From: Mobula hypostoma
Taxonomy: Eukaryota
Assembly (NCBI RefSeq): GCF_963921235.1
Contig: NC_086108.1
Coordinates: 87,546,001-87,610,000 of the forward strand
Reading direction: 5' to 3'
Length of the DNA: 64,000 nucleotides
Of the stretch, positions 13,154 to 26,613 are shown one piece after another (position 1 is the first letter of the stretch; every line of letters begins with the position of its first letter). Under the pieces are notes generated by a model, which worked only from the letters and a program-made list of their open reading frames with translations, made no database searches and had not been told where the DNA came from. The position numbers were made by a program, and so were the translations under genes.

Positions 13154-13911
13154 CTGCCAAGATAGAGATGACAGGTAACAATGGGTTACATTCCCCATTC
13201 CCATGGCAATGCTAGTTCCTACTGGGTTCACACAAATTTCCCTTTACTTAAACAAATATTTTAATTTTGTCATATTTGATTATAACTGTAATGTTAAAAT
13301 GATTGAACATTGCAATAATGTAATAATGACAGCCCTTTTCACTTTTAATTCCATTGCTCAATTATCATGGATGGAATCTTGAGCTTCAAATTAACTGCTC
13401 AACCCATGACTACATCCCCTGAAAGAAGAGATAATATCAATTCTGATACTATAAAGATGTAAAAGATCGGAGAATTTGAACCATGTAAGATAAAGAATCA
13501 GCTATTAAAAAGAAGACAACGTATGTATCACAAACATCTTGTTCATAATTAGAGCATTTTGAATAATCACTTGATTCCAATGAATAAACCTTTAATTTTG
13601 TTGCTGATAACGGCTATGATTTCTTAAGATTTCACACATCTCTAACATATTTTAAGCTTTAACATTATTTTCTTGGTTAAAGCAAAGTGAAAGCATATTC
13701 GAAAACAAAGCTGATGTACATGAAAAAAGGCAGGTGAGAATAGTAGACAACTTGCAATTGAGAAAACTTATCCTCCTCTGAGACTTGAACTAAATATCCC
13801 GAGAGTATTAAATTTTCATTGATACAATCTGTGAATCTTTTCCCCAGTTCAATGTCAAACTATATGTGAAACAAACAGAAAAACCAGGGTTCACAACCAA
13901 TCTTGAATCTA

Positions 13912-14137
13912 AAGCAACATACATCAAAGTTGCTGGTGAACGCAGCAGGCCAGGCAGCATCTATAGGAAGAGGCGCAGTCGACGTTTCAGGCCGAGACCC
14001 TTCGCTGACGAAGGGTCTCGGCCTGAAACGTCGACTGCGCCTCTTCCTATAGATGCTGCCTGGCCTGCTGCGTTCACCAGCAACTTTGATGTATGTTGCT
14101 TGAATTTCCAGCATCTGCAGAATTCCTGTTGTTTGCG
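13912..14137 (+). mobile_element. Penelope-derived fold-back mini-element (perfect 93-bp arms, 4-nt loop) with 13-bp TSD
   Basis: Arms 13912-14004 and 14009-14101 match the terminus of the Penelope copies at 55986-58294 and 59806-61463. TSD cttgaatctaaag at 13902-13914 and 14138-14150. Confidence 0.92.
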
Positions 14138-15899
14138 CTTGAATCTAAAGGCTGCCTTTAGAAAAAATGATAGCTGAGCTATACAGATGAAAAAGAAAAT
14201 CACTCTTATAATGATCATCACTGTTTCTCCAACAGTTTAAACATTAAAACAGAGCCAAGATTTTCTTTTCAGTGGTAGCAATTAGTTCAAATAATTAATT
14301 GGTTTTAATTTGGAAAGGATTAAATGTTATCTCAGTATTAAGTGGTTGACTTGTAGAGGTAAATAACAACATTCCTTCATATCGAAACACTTACTGCGAT
14401 TTTAAAATCTTTGATGAGATTGTCTGTCTAACTCAGCGATCTATCTTCGAATTAGAATAGATTTGGTGCCAAAACAAATTAATTACAATATAGAACAGTA
14501 AGTATACACTTCATTTAGTTCCAACCTTAGTTTGAACCATATTATGTCACTTGATCTAAAAAAATATTGCAACTTTGTTATTTTGAGCCTATAGCTTACA
14601 GGATGCTCTTAAAAGTATCCACCTTTAAAAATAAAAATGTTAAAACTGTGAAGTAAGATCAGAAGTGCTTGGAATCCCCCAGCTGATGAGACTCACTGGG
14701 GGATACGCATTTAAGCAGGTGCCCTTGTCTCAGCTGGGCAGAGAACAGGTGTGGTAAAATATCTTTGATTCACTCTTTCTTCACTGCTGTGAAAGGGGCG
14801 GCGGGGGGGGGAGAAGAAATAGATCAGAGCTTTGTTAACAGTGGACAAGGAAAGTCATGGCTGCAAACGTACTGGGAAATTGATAGAAATAAGAGGAATA
14901 AGCGTACTACTACAAAATGGCTAAGCTGAATCAGAGGAAGGTGAAGCAGCTCACTTTGTGCCAATTTGGATTGTGTTACACCCACTCATTCTTGTAAGCC
15001 AAGCACTTCGTATAACATTCAAAGCTATGGAATAATGAGCCTTGCAGCAAGTCTGCCTACATTCTTTATAATGCAGAATGATACAATGCAGCTTGACTTC
15101 ATTTTTATTACTTTAATTATTAAAGAACAGTGCCCTCCTTAACAATGTCTGAAGCTTTATCATTAATCTTAAAATTAACTTTTAGTACACTTTGCCAAGT
15201 TATTATATTCAATGGAAATCAGGGTCTTCTGCATCTCAATGAAATCAGTTCTTTTAAATAATATTTTAAAATCTATGTTGCTTGCAGAAGACAAAGAGCT
15301 CACTGTACTAGAAATTTTGATTTCCTGGATGAAGAAATCCTCTGACTTAACACAACATGCTGAAATAGATACACAGCACTTTACTTACCAATCATTCAAT
15401 TACAGATGAGAAATTGAGTAGTCGGCTCACCATAATAGGAAGCCAGCTGTCTTAAGAAGCCTCACAAAAGCAACACTACTAAACACAATACTGAATAGCC
15501 TAAGAGATCCCATTGAGCATCCTCTACAAGTCACATTTCAAAAGTCACCCTTCATTGCGACTTTACATTAGATTTTTCCAGCATTTCCACAGATGTCCAC
15601 CTGGTTGCACTGGCAGCTTTAGCTACATACAGTTTTCTAAACCAATTTTATGCAAAGTGCATATAATGAAATATTAATATTGAAACCTAAATTGATGACG
15701 CCATGCAAGTACAGAAAACGTAAATGAAAACTCCATCTCCATGATCAAAATGCCACAGCTTGTCTGGTATCTTTTACTTCAGGCAGCAGATGTCCTAAAT
15801 CCTCTGTCAGGAAGTTTGTATTTGTAACGGGTATTTGGCACAATATTCTGTGAATTACTGGAGGTGTTGTCTGAGATACCCAACTCTAAAAATGATCAA

Positions 15900-16243
15900 G
15901 TAAAGCAAACGGGATGGTAAGGGCAGATAATCCAAATCTGTTTTCCAGGGTGGAAATGGACATGGCTTTAAGATGAGAAGGGAAAAAGTTTAAATACAAC
16001 TACGAGGTAAGTTGATTTACACAGTGAGTGGTAGGTTCTTGGAATACCCTGCCTGGGGAAGTGGTAGAAGCATAATGTACACAATAGAAAGTTTTGGCAG
16101 ATACTTCACCATGCACATGAACAGGCAACAAATGCAGGGATACAGACCTTATGCTGGCAGACGGGTTTAGTACCAAGCTCAGCATACACAATGTGGCCAA
16201 AGAGCCTGTTCCTGGGCCGTACAGTTGTACATTCTGTGTTCTA
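15900..16243 (+). mobile_element. Decayed CR1 3' fragment
   Basis: Recognisable 'acacag.gagtggtagg..c.tggaat' block and CR1-type 3' terminus. Confidence 0.6.
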
Positions 16244-18674
16244 CTGGAGAAGATCTCCTGTGGCTGTGGTAGTGCCCGTGCTTCTATTCATTGGGAAATA
16301 TCTATGTGAATGTACCCAAGTGCAGGGCTAACTTCTGCTATGCTGTTCATGCACCAGGCTGCCTCTCTCTACTGCTCTGGGTTCTTCAGAGACCTGTATG
16401 GAAATGGAGATCTCCTATTGGTCGTTCTGCTGTTCCAACTGCTATGTGGTTCTCCAGCATTGCCTAGAGTTGGACAGGAAAGATTTTCTGGTCCTGGAAA
16501 ATTTACAGGGCCCTACAGATGCTAGAGGAGCAAGCAAGTCACTATTAGATGACTGAGTTGATGGGCTGTCAGGAAAGCAGCAGAGAAGACATCTGGTGTA
16601 TTTCAACTGTCCAGTCCCAGGGAGAGACAGAATGAAAGGACAGGAGGCAGAGTTGGGAATGGAAATGCAACTCAATTACATTCTACAGAATGATAAAGTA
16701 GGAAATAATCAAATTGGATCAGTCCTTATACACTCTAATGTGGATTCTATGCTTTCTCAGGCAGCTTTCTGTTTACACACTTCGCTCTGAAGTCTCTGAC
16801 CGGAAAAAAAAATTTTGAATTTAGGAGAAATTGCTATAATTTTTGCTTATTCAGATAGGTACTAACCACTTGACTGGAAACTATGGTACTCTGAAATTTT
16901 CCCCAATGAACATGCAATCAGACAAGCTGGGGTGACAGGGTGTGGGTAAATCAACAGAAGATTGTATAGGTGACTCTTATTAGATCAATTGAGTGCAAGG
17001 CTGAGAGGTTTAGTCTTCTGGATATATTAAAAGTACAGGAAAATCCATTGTACTAGATCTTTCCAGCTTTTCTGAGTACTTTTGAAACAATACAGCAACC
17101 TTGATTTTATTTATCCTGTGCAAGGAACTTTCAGGTCACCAAAAAAAGAAACACCAGTCACTGAGCCTAAATGAGGAAAGACACAACACAGAATTTGGTG
17201 AAATGGTCATCTCTAGTAGGTCGGTTGAAAATTTTCAGCCAACAGTGGCTTTCTTTCCTATTTAACAATGAATGCATCAGAGATGACTAAAGATTAGAGG
17301 TCCCATAATCAGTTGTGTCAAAAAATTCCATTTCCTTCACAAAAGTGAAGGGAAAAAAGGTACTTAATGTTTTGATTAAATGTTAATGAAACAGAAATTG
17401 TTCTGAGTGAATAAGCCCAACAAAAGTTGTATTCTTCCAGTCTGGCTGCTCCTTGAAATCAATGTGGAAAACAAATTTTTCATCCTTTAGGTATCATCAT
17501 GTTTTCCAGTCCCCTTTAAAAAAACACTCACCACCGCAATCAGTTGTCCTTCCTGTTTGGCTAATTATAACCTTGCCCTGTGCCTCAGCCACCTGCAGCC
17601 CCTTAGTATTTTTATTTCTTTAGGGGATGTAGACATAGCTGGCATTGCTGTCCATCCTTCATTGTCTCTTAAGAGTCAACCATGTCAAAGATCTGTCGCT
17701 CTTTACAGCATTAAGATGGCCTGGTTTCATCACCCTAGTTTTGATCATCTTTTGAGAGAATATGTCACCTGCAGCCTTTATAATCCATGTAGTCTCTTTA
17801 TCATCCTCTTCTTCTCTAGCTCTATATTAACTTAAGAAAAGCACTGCTGCCTATATCCTAACAGCTACCTCGACCTACTTGCCCATTATCTTTGTGCTCT
17901 CTACTCTACATCGGTTCCCAGATTACCAACATCGCAAGATTAAGAATCTCATTCTTATCTTTAAATTTCTATTTTTTTGTTCTTTTAGCCCACTTTCAGC
18001 CTGGAGCTCCCCAAATTTCCAATGCCAGCCTCAAATGCAACCCTACTTTGAATCACCCCAACTTTGGCAGCCACGCAATTACCCGTTTAAATTCATACTA
18101 TGCATTTCCTTCACTAATTTTTTTTTCCCAGTTTCCTTAAAATTGCTTCTTTGACCCATTAGCAATGGTTTTATAAAGCATTGTGTGCTGTTACATATTC
18201 AATGTATGCAAGATGACATTGTACCTGTTGGTATCAGATAACAGGCAAGGCCAAGGTGGAAAAAGGAATGGAAAGAAAAGGGAAAGAAATGATCATGTAA
18301 TGTAAATGGTACTCAATGTACCATTCCTTGAAGGGACATTAGTCCTAGTTATTGTTTTCATGCTTGAATGAGGACAACATTTTAGCTTGCAAATGAAAAC
18401 ATGCATTTGCGGAGAGGAGGAAACAGTAGGGATAAATACTCCCCATTTTTCGGTAATCAAATCCCTGTTGCAGCTAATAGCTAAACAGTGCAACACAAAT
18501 GAATATCTAAGAATTAGGAAAAGAACAATCTCAGTACCACCTAAACCATTGTACATGCCTTTTGAATGACTAATAAAGAGAAGAAAAAAAGGAATACTAG
18601 CAAAAGGAAAGTCACTGTGCAAAAGGGAAAGAGAAGAGTTTATGAGAGTAAGGCCTCTGGAGTTTGGGACATAC

Positions 18675-18740
18675 CGCTGACTCTGAGACCGAACTCACTT
18701 CGGCAAGGCACTTGACGCGAGCTTTGGACACTAGAGAGCC
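18675..18740 (-). CDS. SZT2: Candidate alternative (cassette) SZT2 exon: GSLVSKARVKCLAEVSSVSESA
   Basis: ccatctccattcctgtctcccattag| acceptor, GCG|gtatgt donor, 66 nt, stop-free in phase 0-0 inside a phase-0 intron. Several CpGs are retained. No homology support that I can recall. Confidence 0.55.
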
Positions 18741-20679
18741 CTAATGGGAGACAGGAATGGAGATGGATATGGCACTCAACACAGACATACATGCAGTTTC
18801 TATTCTAGGTACAGTACATTTAAGAGAGGCATTGCCATAGGCTAGGATTAATCATAAAACATAATAGCACTCCCCACAAAGGTACATCAAACACGTTATT
18901 CAGACTTCAATCTCAACACAGCCCAAATCACTTTAATCAAATACTAGCAACAACAATAATGGTCACTTAAAAAATGAGAAATTAAAAATTACGTCTCTTT
19001 TGTAAAATTTAGTAAACTTGGCTTCCTCTAGTTCCCAGTTCACTGCTGCTACAATTGCCTTAATAAATTGCTCAGTCTCAGGTAATCTGGATGCACTGTG
19101 GGCACCATGTAAATTGGTTCCAGATGCATTTCAGTAGTTTAAACTAAATTCCCAACACAATGAGCAATGAAGGAACTTCAGCTGTCTCGGACAGACAGAT
19201 CCAAGAACAAGGTAACTAATGCAAATTTTTATTATTGTTTTGCTAATTATTGCATTGAAAGCTTGTAACTTCTGACGAGTTTAGAAAGTTTTGCCTCATT
19301 TTGTCAAGATCCAAACTATAGCAATCTACTGTTTAATACTTCAAGCAATGTTGTTACCCATGTTCCTTGAGAAGATAGCACCAATATTTAACTGATGACA
19401 TATTCCATATACTTTTGCAATAGAATGCCAAGTAGGAGTTTTAAAGTATATTTTGGAATGCTTTTTCTTCAATGTTTCAAGAGTTTGCAAGATATTAAAC
19501 TACATAAAATTTCCTTTTGATTGCAAACATTTAAAAGAGATAAATCAGAGACGAATTGCAACTTTCAATATACACGATGTTTTGCTACAAGCCAGGTAGC
19601 TTAACCAAGATATTATTCTACTATTTCTCAAACATAAAACATTTATGCAAAAGGGATGAAGTGATACCAATAAATTTTCAATATCAAAGCAATTTTGGTT
19701 TTCCGAACTATGGCAGGAAAGAAATAGCTATTCATTGTGAGAGCCTGTTACATGCACAATCTCTTGACTACAATAAAGGTTCAAACCTTGCAAAATTTTC
19801 CTCGAGTTCTATATATTGTTCACTTGGGATTCACAGCAAAAGCTTCTGATTATATTTTCCAGACTAAGTTTATTCTCAGATTTAGTTTACAACATCAAGT
19901 AGAAATTCTTCTACCAAAAGACAGCAAATTCACCTACTATTAAGTGGCAATGCCTCAGTCAAATGCTTTAAGCAACTGAACATATAGACTAAGAGGAGAT
20001 TACAAATTACTTACAAACATAAAGACATAGAACTTTTATTTTACAAAAAACATGCAAACATCATTTTAACTGAGTCCTTAAGGCAAAATAAACTTAAAAA
20101 CAAATCATTCAGAAAAATCAAATCTACACAACATATTCTCAACACGTGCAAATTGTGGTAGAATATGGATGAAATGACCAAGGGAGACTGAACCATGTAT
20201 GAACAGGGATAGCTATGAACAAAAATTTAGAGCCAACTATTCTATGGCATCAAATGGACTGTTAAAACACTGGCTTCCCTCAAAACGGGCCCGAGTTCTG
20301 TGATACAAAGTGGTATTAAGCAATACATTGCTACAGCTTCAAGCAATCCATTATTATGGTAAGAAAAGACAGATCCAATGGTTACTTCAACTTCAGTTTA
20401 GTTAATTGACAAACAGCATCGTGATAATTTAATAATAATTTTGATGGGACTATGAAAACTGCTTAGCTGTTAATGTTTCTCAACAAGTTGGTTACTGGTT
20501 GGATGTAGCCATGAACAAAATGCTTAAGGTGAACAAGTAGTTAACAAGTTGAATAGATTGAATGGTCAGTTTATGCTCAAATGTTCCAAATTCTATGTTG
20601 CACTACTAAATAAAATTAGGAATAGATAAAATTAATGGATTTGAGAAGCTCAACAGACCCTGAAGTCCAATGATGCCAT

Positions 20680-21262
20680 TCAATACAGCACAGAAACAGG
20701 CCCTTCGGCTCACCCAGTCCATGCTGAACTATTATTCTGTCTAATCCCATTGACTTGCACCCAGACCACAGCCCTCCCATCTACGTATCTATCCAAACTT
20801 CTCTTAAATGTTGAAATTGAACCTGCATCTACCAGTTCCACTGGCAGCTCGCTCCACACTCTCACCACCCGCTAAGTTAAGAAGTTCTCCTTAATGTTCC
20901 CCTTAATAATTTCACCCTTAACCCATGACGTCTAGTTCTGGTTTCACCCAATCTCAGTGGAAAAAATCTGCTTGCATTCACCCTATTCTATAGGATGCAT
21001 AATTTTTTATACCTCTGTCAAATCTCCCCTCATTCTCCTACACGTCAGGGAATAAAGTTCTAACCTATTCAACATTTCCCTAGAACTCAGTTCCTCAAGC
21101 CCCAGCAGCACACTTGAAAACTTTCTCTGTACTCTTTCAATCTTTTTGATACCTTTCCTATAGGTAGGTGACCAGAACTACACGCAATACTCCAAATTAG
21201 GCCTCACCAATATCTTACACAATTTCAAAATAACATCCCAACTCCTGTACTCAATATTTTGA
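20680..21262 (-). mobile_element. CR1 3' fragment
   Basis: Collinear with the CR1 3' region at 5080-6350, excluding that copy's insertion. Confidence 0.85.
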
Positions 21263-21595
21263 CTACATACTGGCGATCCCAAATCTTGTCCAGTTTGCTG
21301 GCTGATCCACATACCTTATTAGGTTTAATTTAGCTCAGCAATATTAACTATTTTTAAGCAAGCAATGTCTGGTTAAGATGCTGTTTTAAAATGAAGCAAT
21401 CAGGAAGCAACAGCCTTTACATTTTTCACAGATTATCTAAAGTAGGTTTAAAAAAGACAGCCATCTGTTAAGAGTTATGCTGTGTAGCCTTGATTTTTTT
21501 TAAAGCTTCATTAATTTAGGTTAGTTTAATCTTACTTTAAATTTTAATATGACCACAAGGTATAGAAATATATCTTCAATTTCACTCAAAGTTAC

Positions 21596-21670
21596 CTGGG
21601 AGTTGACAGACTGTCCCATTGGAATCCGGGAGCATTCAAGGGCATACTGTTTCACACAGAAGTAACAGCC
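21596..21670 (-). CDS. SZT2: SZT2 coding exon: [25 protein letters not shown]
   Basis: tttctag| acceptor, CAG|gtaact donor, 75 nt, phase 0-0. Nearly identical to recalled human [25 protein letters not shown]. Confidence 0.95.
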
Positions 21671-21829
21671 CTAGAAATCAGAAAGAATAGAAAAAAGAAT
21701 ATTTTTTCCCCTGAAGAATAAAGACATGAATGCATTTTATTCACTGGCCCTAAAACAAAATAATGGGCAATGCTTTTGCAATTTACAATAGTGACAGAAT
21801 ATAAACGCAATCCACAAAATTCCTCCCGG

Positions 21830-22382
21830 AGTATCATATACTCATTGCCAGCAGCAATACTTCATTTAGGAACTTGAGGATTGGAATATCATCAAAGACT
21901 AATGAATTTCTACATACATACCATGGAGAGCATTCTGACTGGTTGCAACACCACCTGGCACAGAGACTCCAATGCACAGGATTAAAACAGTAGAAAGTTG
22001 CAGACTTAGCCAGGTCTATCGATGGCACTAGCTTCCCCATCATCAAGGACATCTTCAAAAGGTGCTACTTTGAGAAGGCGCCATCCATCATTAAAGACCC
22101 TCATCATTTAGCACATGCCCTCTTCTCATTAATACCATCAGGACGAAAGTACAGGAGCCTGAAAACGCATACTCTATGTCTTAGGAACAGCTTCTTCACC
22201 TCCACAATATTCCTGAATGGTCCACCAACCCATGAGCACTACCTCATTACTTTGCTCTTTTCTGCACTGTATGTTTATATTTCTCATTGTAACTATTGTA
22301 ATTTTTTACATATTGTGCTATACTGTTGCCACAAAACATTAGATTTCATGAGGTATGTCAGTGATAATAAACGTGATTCTAA
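21830..22382 (+). mobile_element. Decayed Rex1/Babar-like LINE 3' fragment
   Basis: Similar to 62130-62510 (ESIL..CIT.W, IIKD..HP, F.NSFF motifs), ending in aataaa plus tail. Confidence 0.7.
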
Positions 22383-22394
22383 ATAAATTTGCAA

Positions 22395-24675
22395 GTTCCC
22401 AACAGGTGAAGGAACCCTTAGGAGGCAGTGATCATAACATGATTGAGTTCACTGTGAAACTTGAAAAAGCGAAGCCAAAATCTGATGTGTCGGTATTTCT
22501 GTGGAGTAAAGGAAATTACAGTGGCATGAGAGAGGAACTGGCCAAAGTTGACTGGAAAGGGACACTGGCCGGAAAGGCGGCAGAGCAGCAGTGGCTGGAG
22601 TTTATGCGAGAAGTGAGGAAGGTGCAAGACAGGTATATTCCAAAGAAGAAATTTTTGAATGGAAAAAGGATGCAACCGTGGTTGACAAGAGAAGTCAAAG
22701 CCGAAGTTAAAGCAAAGGAGAGGGCATACAAGGAAGCAAAATTTAGTGGGAAGACAGAGGATTGGGAAGTTTTTAAAAGCTTACAAAAGGAAACTAAGAA
22801 GGTCATTAAGAGGGAAAAGATTAACTATGAAAGGAAGCTAGTAAATAATATCAAACAGGATACTACAAGCTTTTTCAAAAAGCTTTATAAAGAGTAAAAG
22901 ACAGGTGAGAGTAGATATAGGACTGATAGAAAATGATGCTGGAGAAACTGTAATGGGAGATAAGGAGATGGCGGAGGAACTGAACGAGTATATCTTCAGC
23001 AGTATACCGGACACTCAAGGGTGGCAGGGAAGAGAAGTGTGCGCAGTCACAATTATGACAGAGAAAGTATTCAGGAAGCTGAATAGTCTAAAGGTAGATA
23101 AATCTCCTGGACCAGATAGAATGCACCCTCGTGTTCTGAAGGAAGTAGCTGTGGAGATTGCAGAGGCATTAGCGATGATCTTTCAAAAGTCGATAGATTC
23201 TGACATGGTTCCGGAGGACTGAAAGATGGCAAATGTCACTCCGCTATTTAAAGTGGCAAGGAAGCAAAAAGGAAATTATAGACCTGTTAGCTTGACATCG
23301 GTGGTTGGGAAGTTGTTGGGAGTCGATTGTCAAGGATGAGGTTACAGAGTACCTGGAGGCATATGACAAGATAGGCAGAACTCAGCATGGATTCTTTAAA
23401 GGAAAATCCTGCCTGACAAACCTATTACAATTTTTTGAGGAAATTACAAGTAGGCTAGACAAGGGAGATGCAGTGGATGTTGTATATTTGGATTTTCAGA
23501 AGGCCTTTGACAAGGTGCCACACATGGGGCTACTTAACAGGCTAAGAGCCCATGGAATTACGGGAAAGTTACATACGTGGAGAGGGTGCTGGCTGATTGG
23601 CAGGAAACAGAGAGTGGGAATAAAGGGATCCTATTCTGGTTGGCTGCCGGTTACCAGTGGTGTTCCACAGGGGTCCGTGTTGGGGCCGCTTCTTTTTACA
23701 TTGTACATCAACCATTTGGATTATGGAACAGATGGCTTTGTGGCAAAGTTTGCTGACGATACGAAGATAGGTGGAGGGGCCAGTTGTGCTGAGGAAATGG
23801 AGAGTCTGCAGAGGGACTTGGATAGATTGGAAGAATGGGCAAAGAAGTGGCAAATGAAGTACAATGATGGCAAGGGTATGGTTATGCACTTTAGCAGAAG
23901 AAATAAACGGGCAGACTATTATTTAAATGGAGAAAGAATTTGAAGTTCTGAGATGCAACAGGACTTGGGAGTCCTCGTACAAGATACCCTTAAGGTTAAC
24001 CTCCAGGTTGAGTCGGTGGTGAAGAAGATGAATGCAATGTTGGCATTCATTTCTACAAGAATAGAGTATAGGAGCAGGAATGTGATGTTGAGGCTCTATA
24101 AGGCACTGGTGAGACCTCACTTGGAGTACTGTGGGCAGTTTTGGGCTCCTTATTTAAGAAAGGATGTGCTGACGTTGGAGAGGGTACAGAGAAGATCCAC
24201 TAGAATGATTCCAGGAATGAGAGGGTTAACGTATGAGGAACGTTTGTCCGCACTTGGACTGTATTCTTTGGAGTTTAGAAGAATAAGGGGAGACCTCATA
24301 GAAACTTTTCGAATGTTGAAAGGCATGAACAGAGTGGATGTGGTAAAGTTGTTTCCCATGATGGGGGAGTCTAGTACGAGAGGGCATGACTTAAGTATTG
24401 AAGGGCACCCATTCAGAACAGAAATGCAAAGAAATTTTTTTAGCCAGAGGGTGGTGAATCTATGGAATTTGTTGCCACAGGCGGCAGTGGAGGCCAAGTC
24501 ATTGGGTGTATTTAAGGCAGAGATTGATAGGTATCTGAGTAGCCAGGGCATCAAAGGTTATGGTGAGAAGGCGGGGGAGTGGGACTAAATGGGAGAGTGG
24601 ATCAGCTCATGATAAAATGGCGGAGCAGACTCGATGGGCCGAATGGCTGACTTCTGCTCCTTTGTCTTATGGTCT
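22395..24675 (+). mobile_element. 5'-truncated CR1 LINE ORF2 (end of APE, RT, C-terminus) with stops and frameshifts
   Basis: 'SDHNMIEF', 'YLDFQKAFDKVPH', '[10 protein letters not shown]', 'KFADDTK', 'LVRPHLEYC', and a cttatggtct tail. Confidence 0.95.
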
Positions 24676-26529
24676 AATTTAAAAAAAGACATTTGATTTG
24701 CTGTACAATGTGATTTAGATGGCAGAAAATAAAATGTTTCAGGTGGGCTCTCGATCCTCTGATGTTCACACCTGCCAGTTGAGTACATTGCAAGAGGTCA
24801 CCTGAGCTCTAAAGGATATTTAATGATTCACAAGGGGAATAAATTGATCTGCCCTTCCGTGTGCAAATCATGCACTGGAGTATCAGTTGCAATCTGTATT
24901 TACTTTGACATCCAGTTCTATTAATGGACTGAATATTTGGAGGCAAGTACAGCTGTGGGAATGGCTCTTGCATTTTACAACAGTGACTGATGAATGTAAT
25001 CCCCAAAATTTCACATGGAATATCATTGATTCTATTTGCGAGTCCTTAAAAGACTCAAAGGATGCAACATTACAAATATTCTAATTACTTAATAATTCGA
25101 GCTGCCAAAAGGTCCTCAATTCTGAATAATGAAGGGCACTGTTGCCATCTAGTGTTCTGTGTCAATCAGATTGCTATTGCTGACTGTACTGTCCTATACT
25201 CAAATACATTGCATTTGCCAAAAATGTGACAGATGTATCTGTTGCAAGTGAATTCTTGAAATAGCTGCAATATGTTCTTTTTGAATTATATGCAATAAGT
25301 TACCCTAGCAGGACAGCTTAAGACCACAATGCTCTACTTACATAAAATGATAATGTACTCAGCTGAAACAAGTCCATCAACATGAGAGAAATGTCATTTA
25401 CTTCTAGGCAATGATTGCATCTGATATAGTTTCTGCTGAAGACACCATAGATTTGCCTGTTAATTATTATTGAGCCGGTTATTGAATTAGGAACCCTCAA
25501 TACCATTAAGTCAAGGTAACTGCCATGCTGGGATACAGTTATTAAATACAGCCAGTTAATTCAGAATTTCTAACACTATATTGAGTCCCATGCTCTGAGA
25601 ATGCCAGAGCATCACACTGACTGATACACATAAACTTCAGAATGCCACAATACTACATGAACTATCTCACTGAGATTTTAGAACATTGCAGCAGTACCGA
25701 GATCCTAGCTCGATCCTGGCTGATTCTAGGGCCTTCCATTGCAAATCCATGCCAGAAGGAGTAAAGATTGCTACAGGCATTTTGCAAAGAACAAGACACA
25801 AAAGTTGAACTGAAGCTCCCAGCAGTGAGTCTCTCGACAGCCTGGTTCATCATACACCACAGCTGGAGAAAGGGATCAAATTAGTGGCATGGAGAAGTAC
25901 TTGTGGCAGGTGGAAAAGATAAAAACTTCAATCTTACTGATGTTGAGTTGGAAGAAGTTTTCATTCATTCAAGTCAGCTCGCCTGAAAATCAATCAATAG
26001 TGTGATCACAGTCTGTGACATTTAGCTTTTGTGATGGCTCCGAAATAAGAAATCTCTGTACACCTGGAGAAGGATTCTGATAAAGACTCCCTTATGACCT
26101 TTTCAACTCTATTAAAATGTAAACCAATTCAAATGTGAAAGTGCAAAGTATGATTGAGGATAAGGAGAAGCCATTATTATACACGCACATACAAAATTTA
26201 CAATGTTTTTGATAGCCAACTTAAATGAGTCACTTGGAGGAAAAATTTTCCTGCTGATTCCCACATGTGAAGAAACAATAAACTATTGCAGATTGGCAGT
26301 ACATGAAAATTGATCTGTTTCATCTGCAGGCTACATATCTGAATCTACCCCCACTCATCATTACATGATCAAACATTATTCATTATATCGTTCTGAATCT
26401 ACCCATTCAGAATGATTGCTTCTCCCCCCCATAAATCAAATTCATCACTTCTTCACAAAAGTTTTTTCCCCACTATAAATCATATGAAAGATGCCTGACA
26501 CCTTTGCAGTTACAGCACACTGTCTTTAC

Positions 26530-26613
26530 CTGGAAAGCAAGCTCCATGAGTACTATTCCACCTGGCAGAGCCCTTTGAAGATGATAGGTTATTACACTCG
26601 AGCCATCCATGCT
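26530..26613 (-). CDS. SZT2: SZT2 coding exon: [28 protein letters not shown]
   Basis: ttttttacag| acceptor, CAG|gtaaag donor, 84 nt, phase 0-0. Contains [19 protein letters not shown]. Confidence 0.95.

Noticed and set aside
13912..14101. CRISPR array, retron msr-msd or rho-independent terminator
   Set aside because: The context is a eukaryotic intron, there is no repeat-spacer periodicity, and the palindrome is fully explained by the Penelope terminus.
19020..19220. Possible plus-strand (antisense) exon ending AAG|gtaact
   Set aside because: No convincing open frame or partner exons; such sites are expected by chance.
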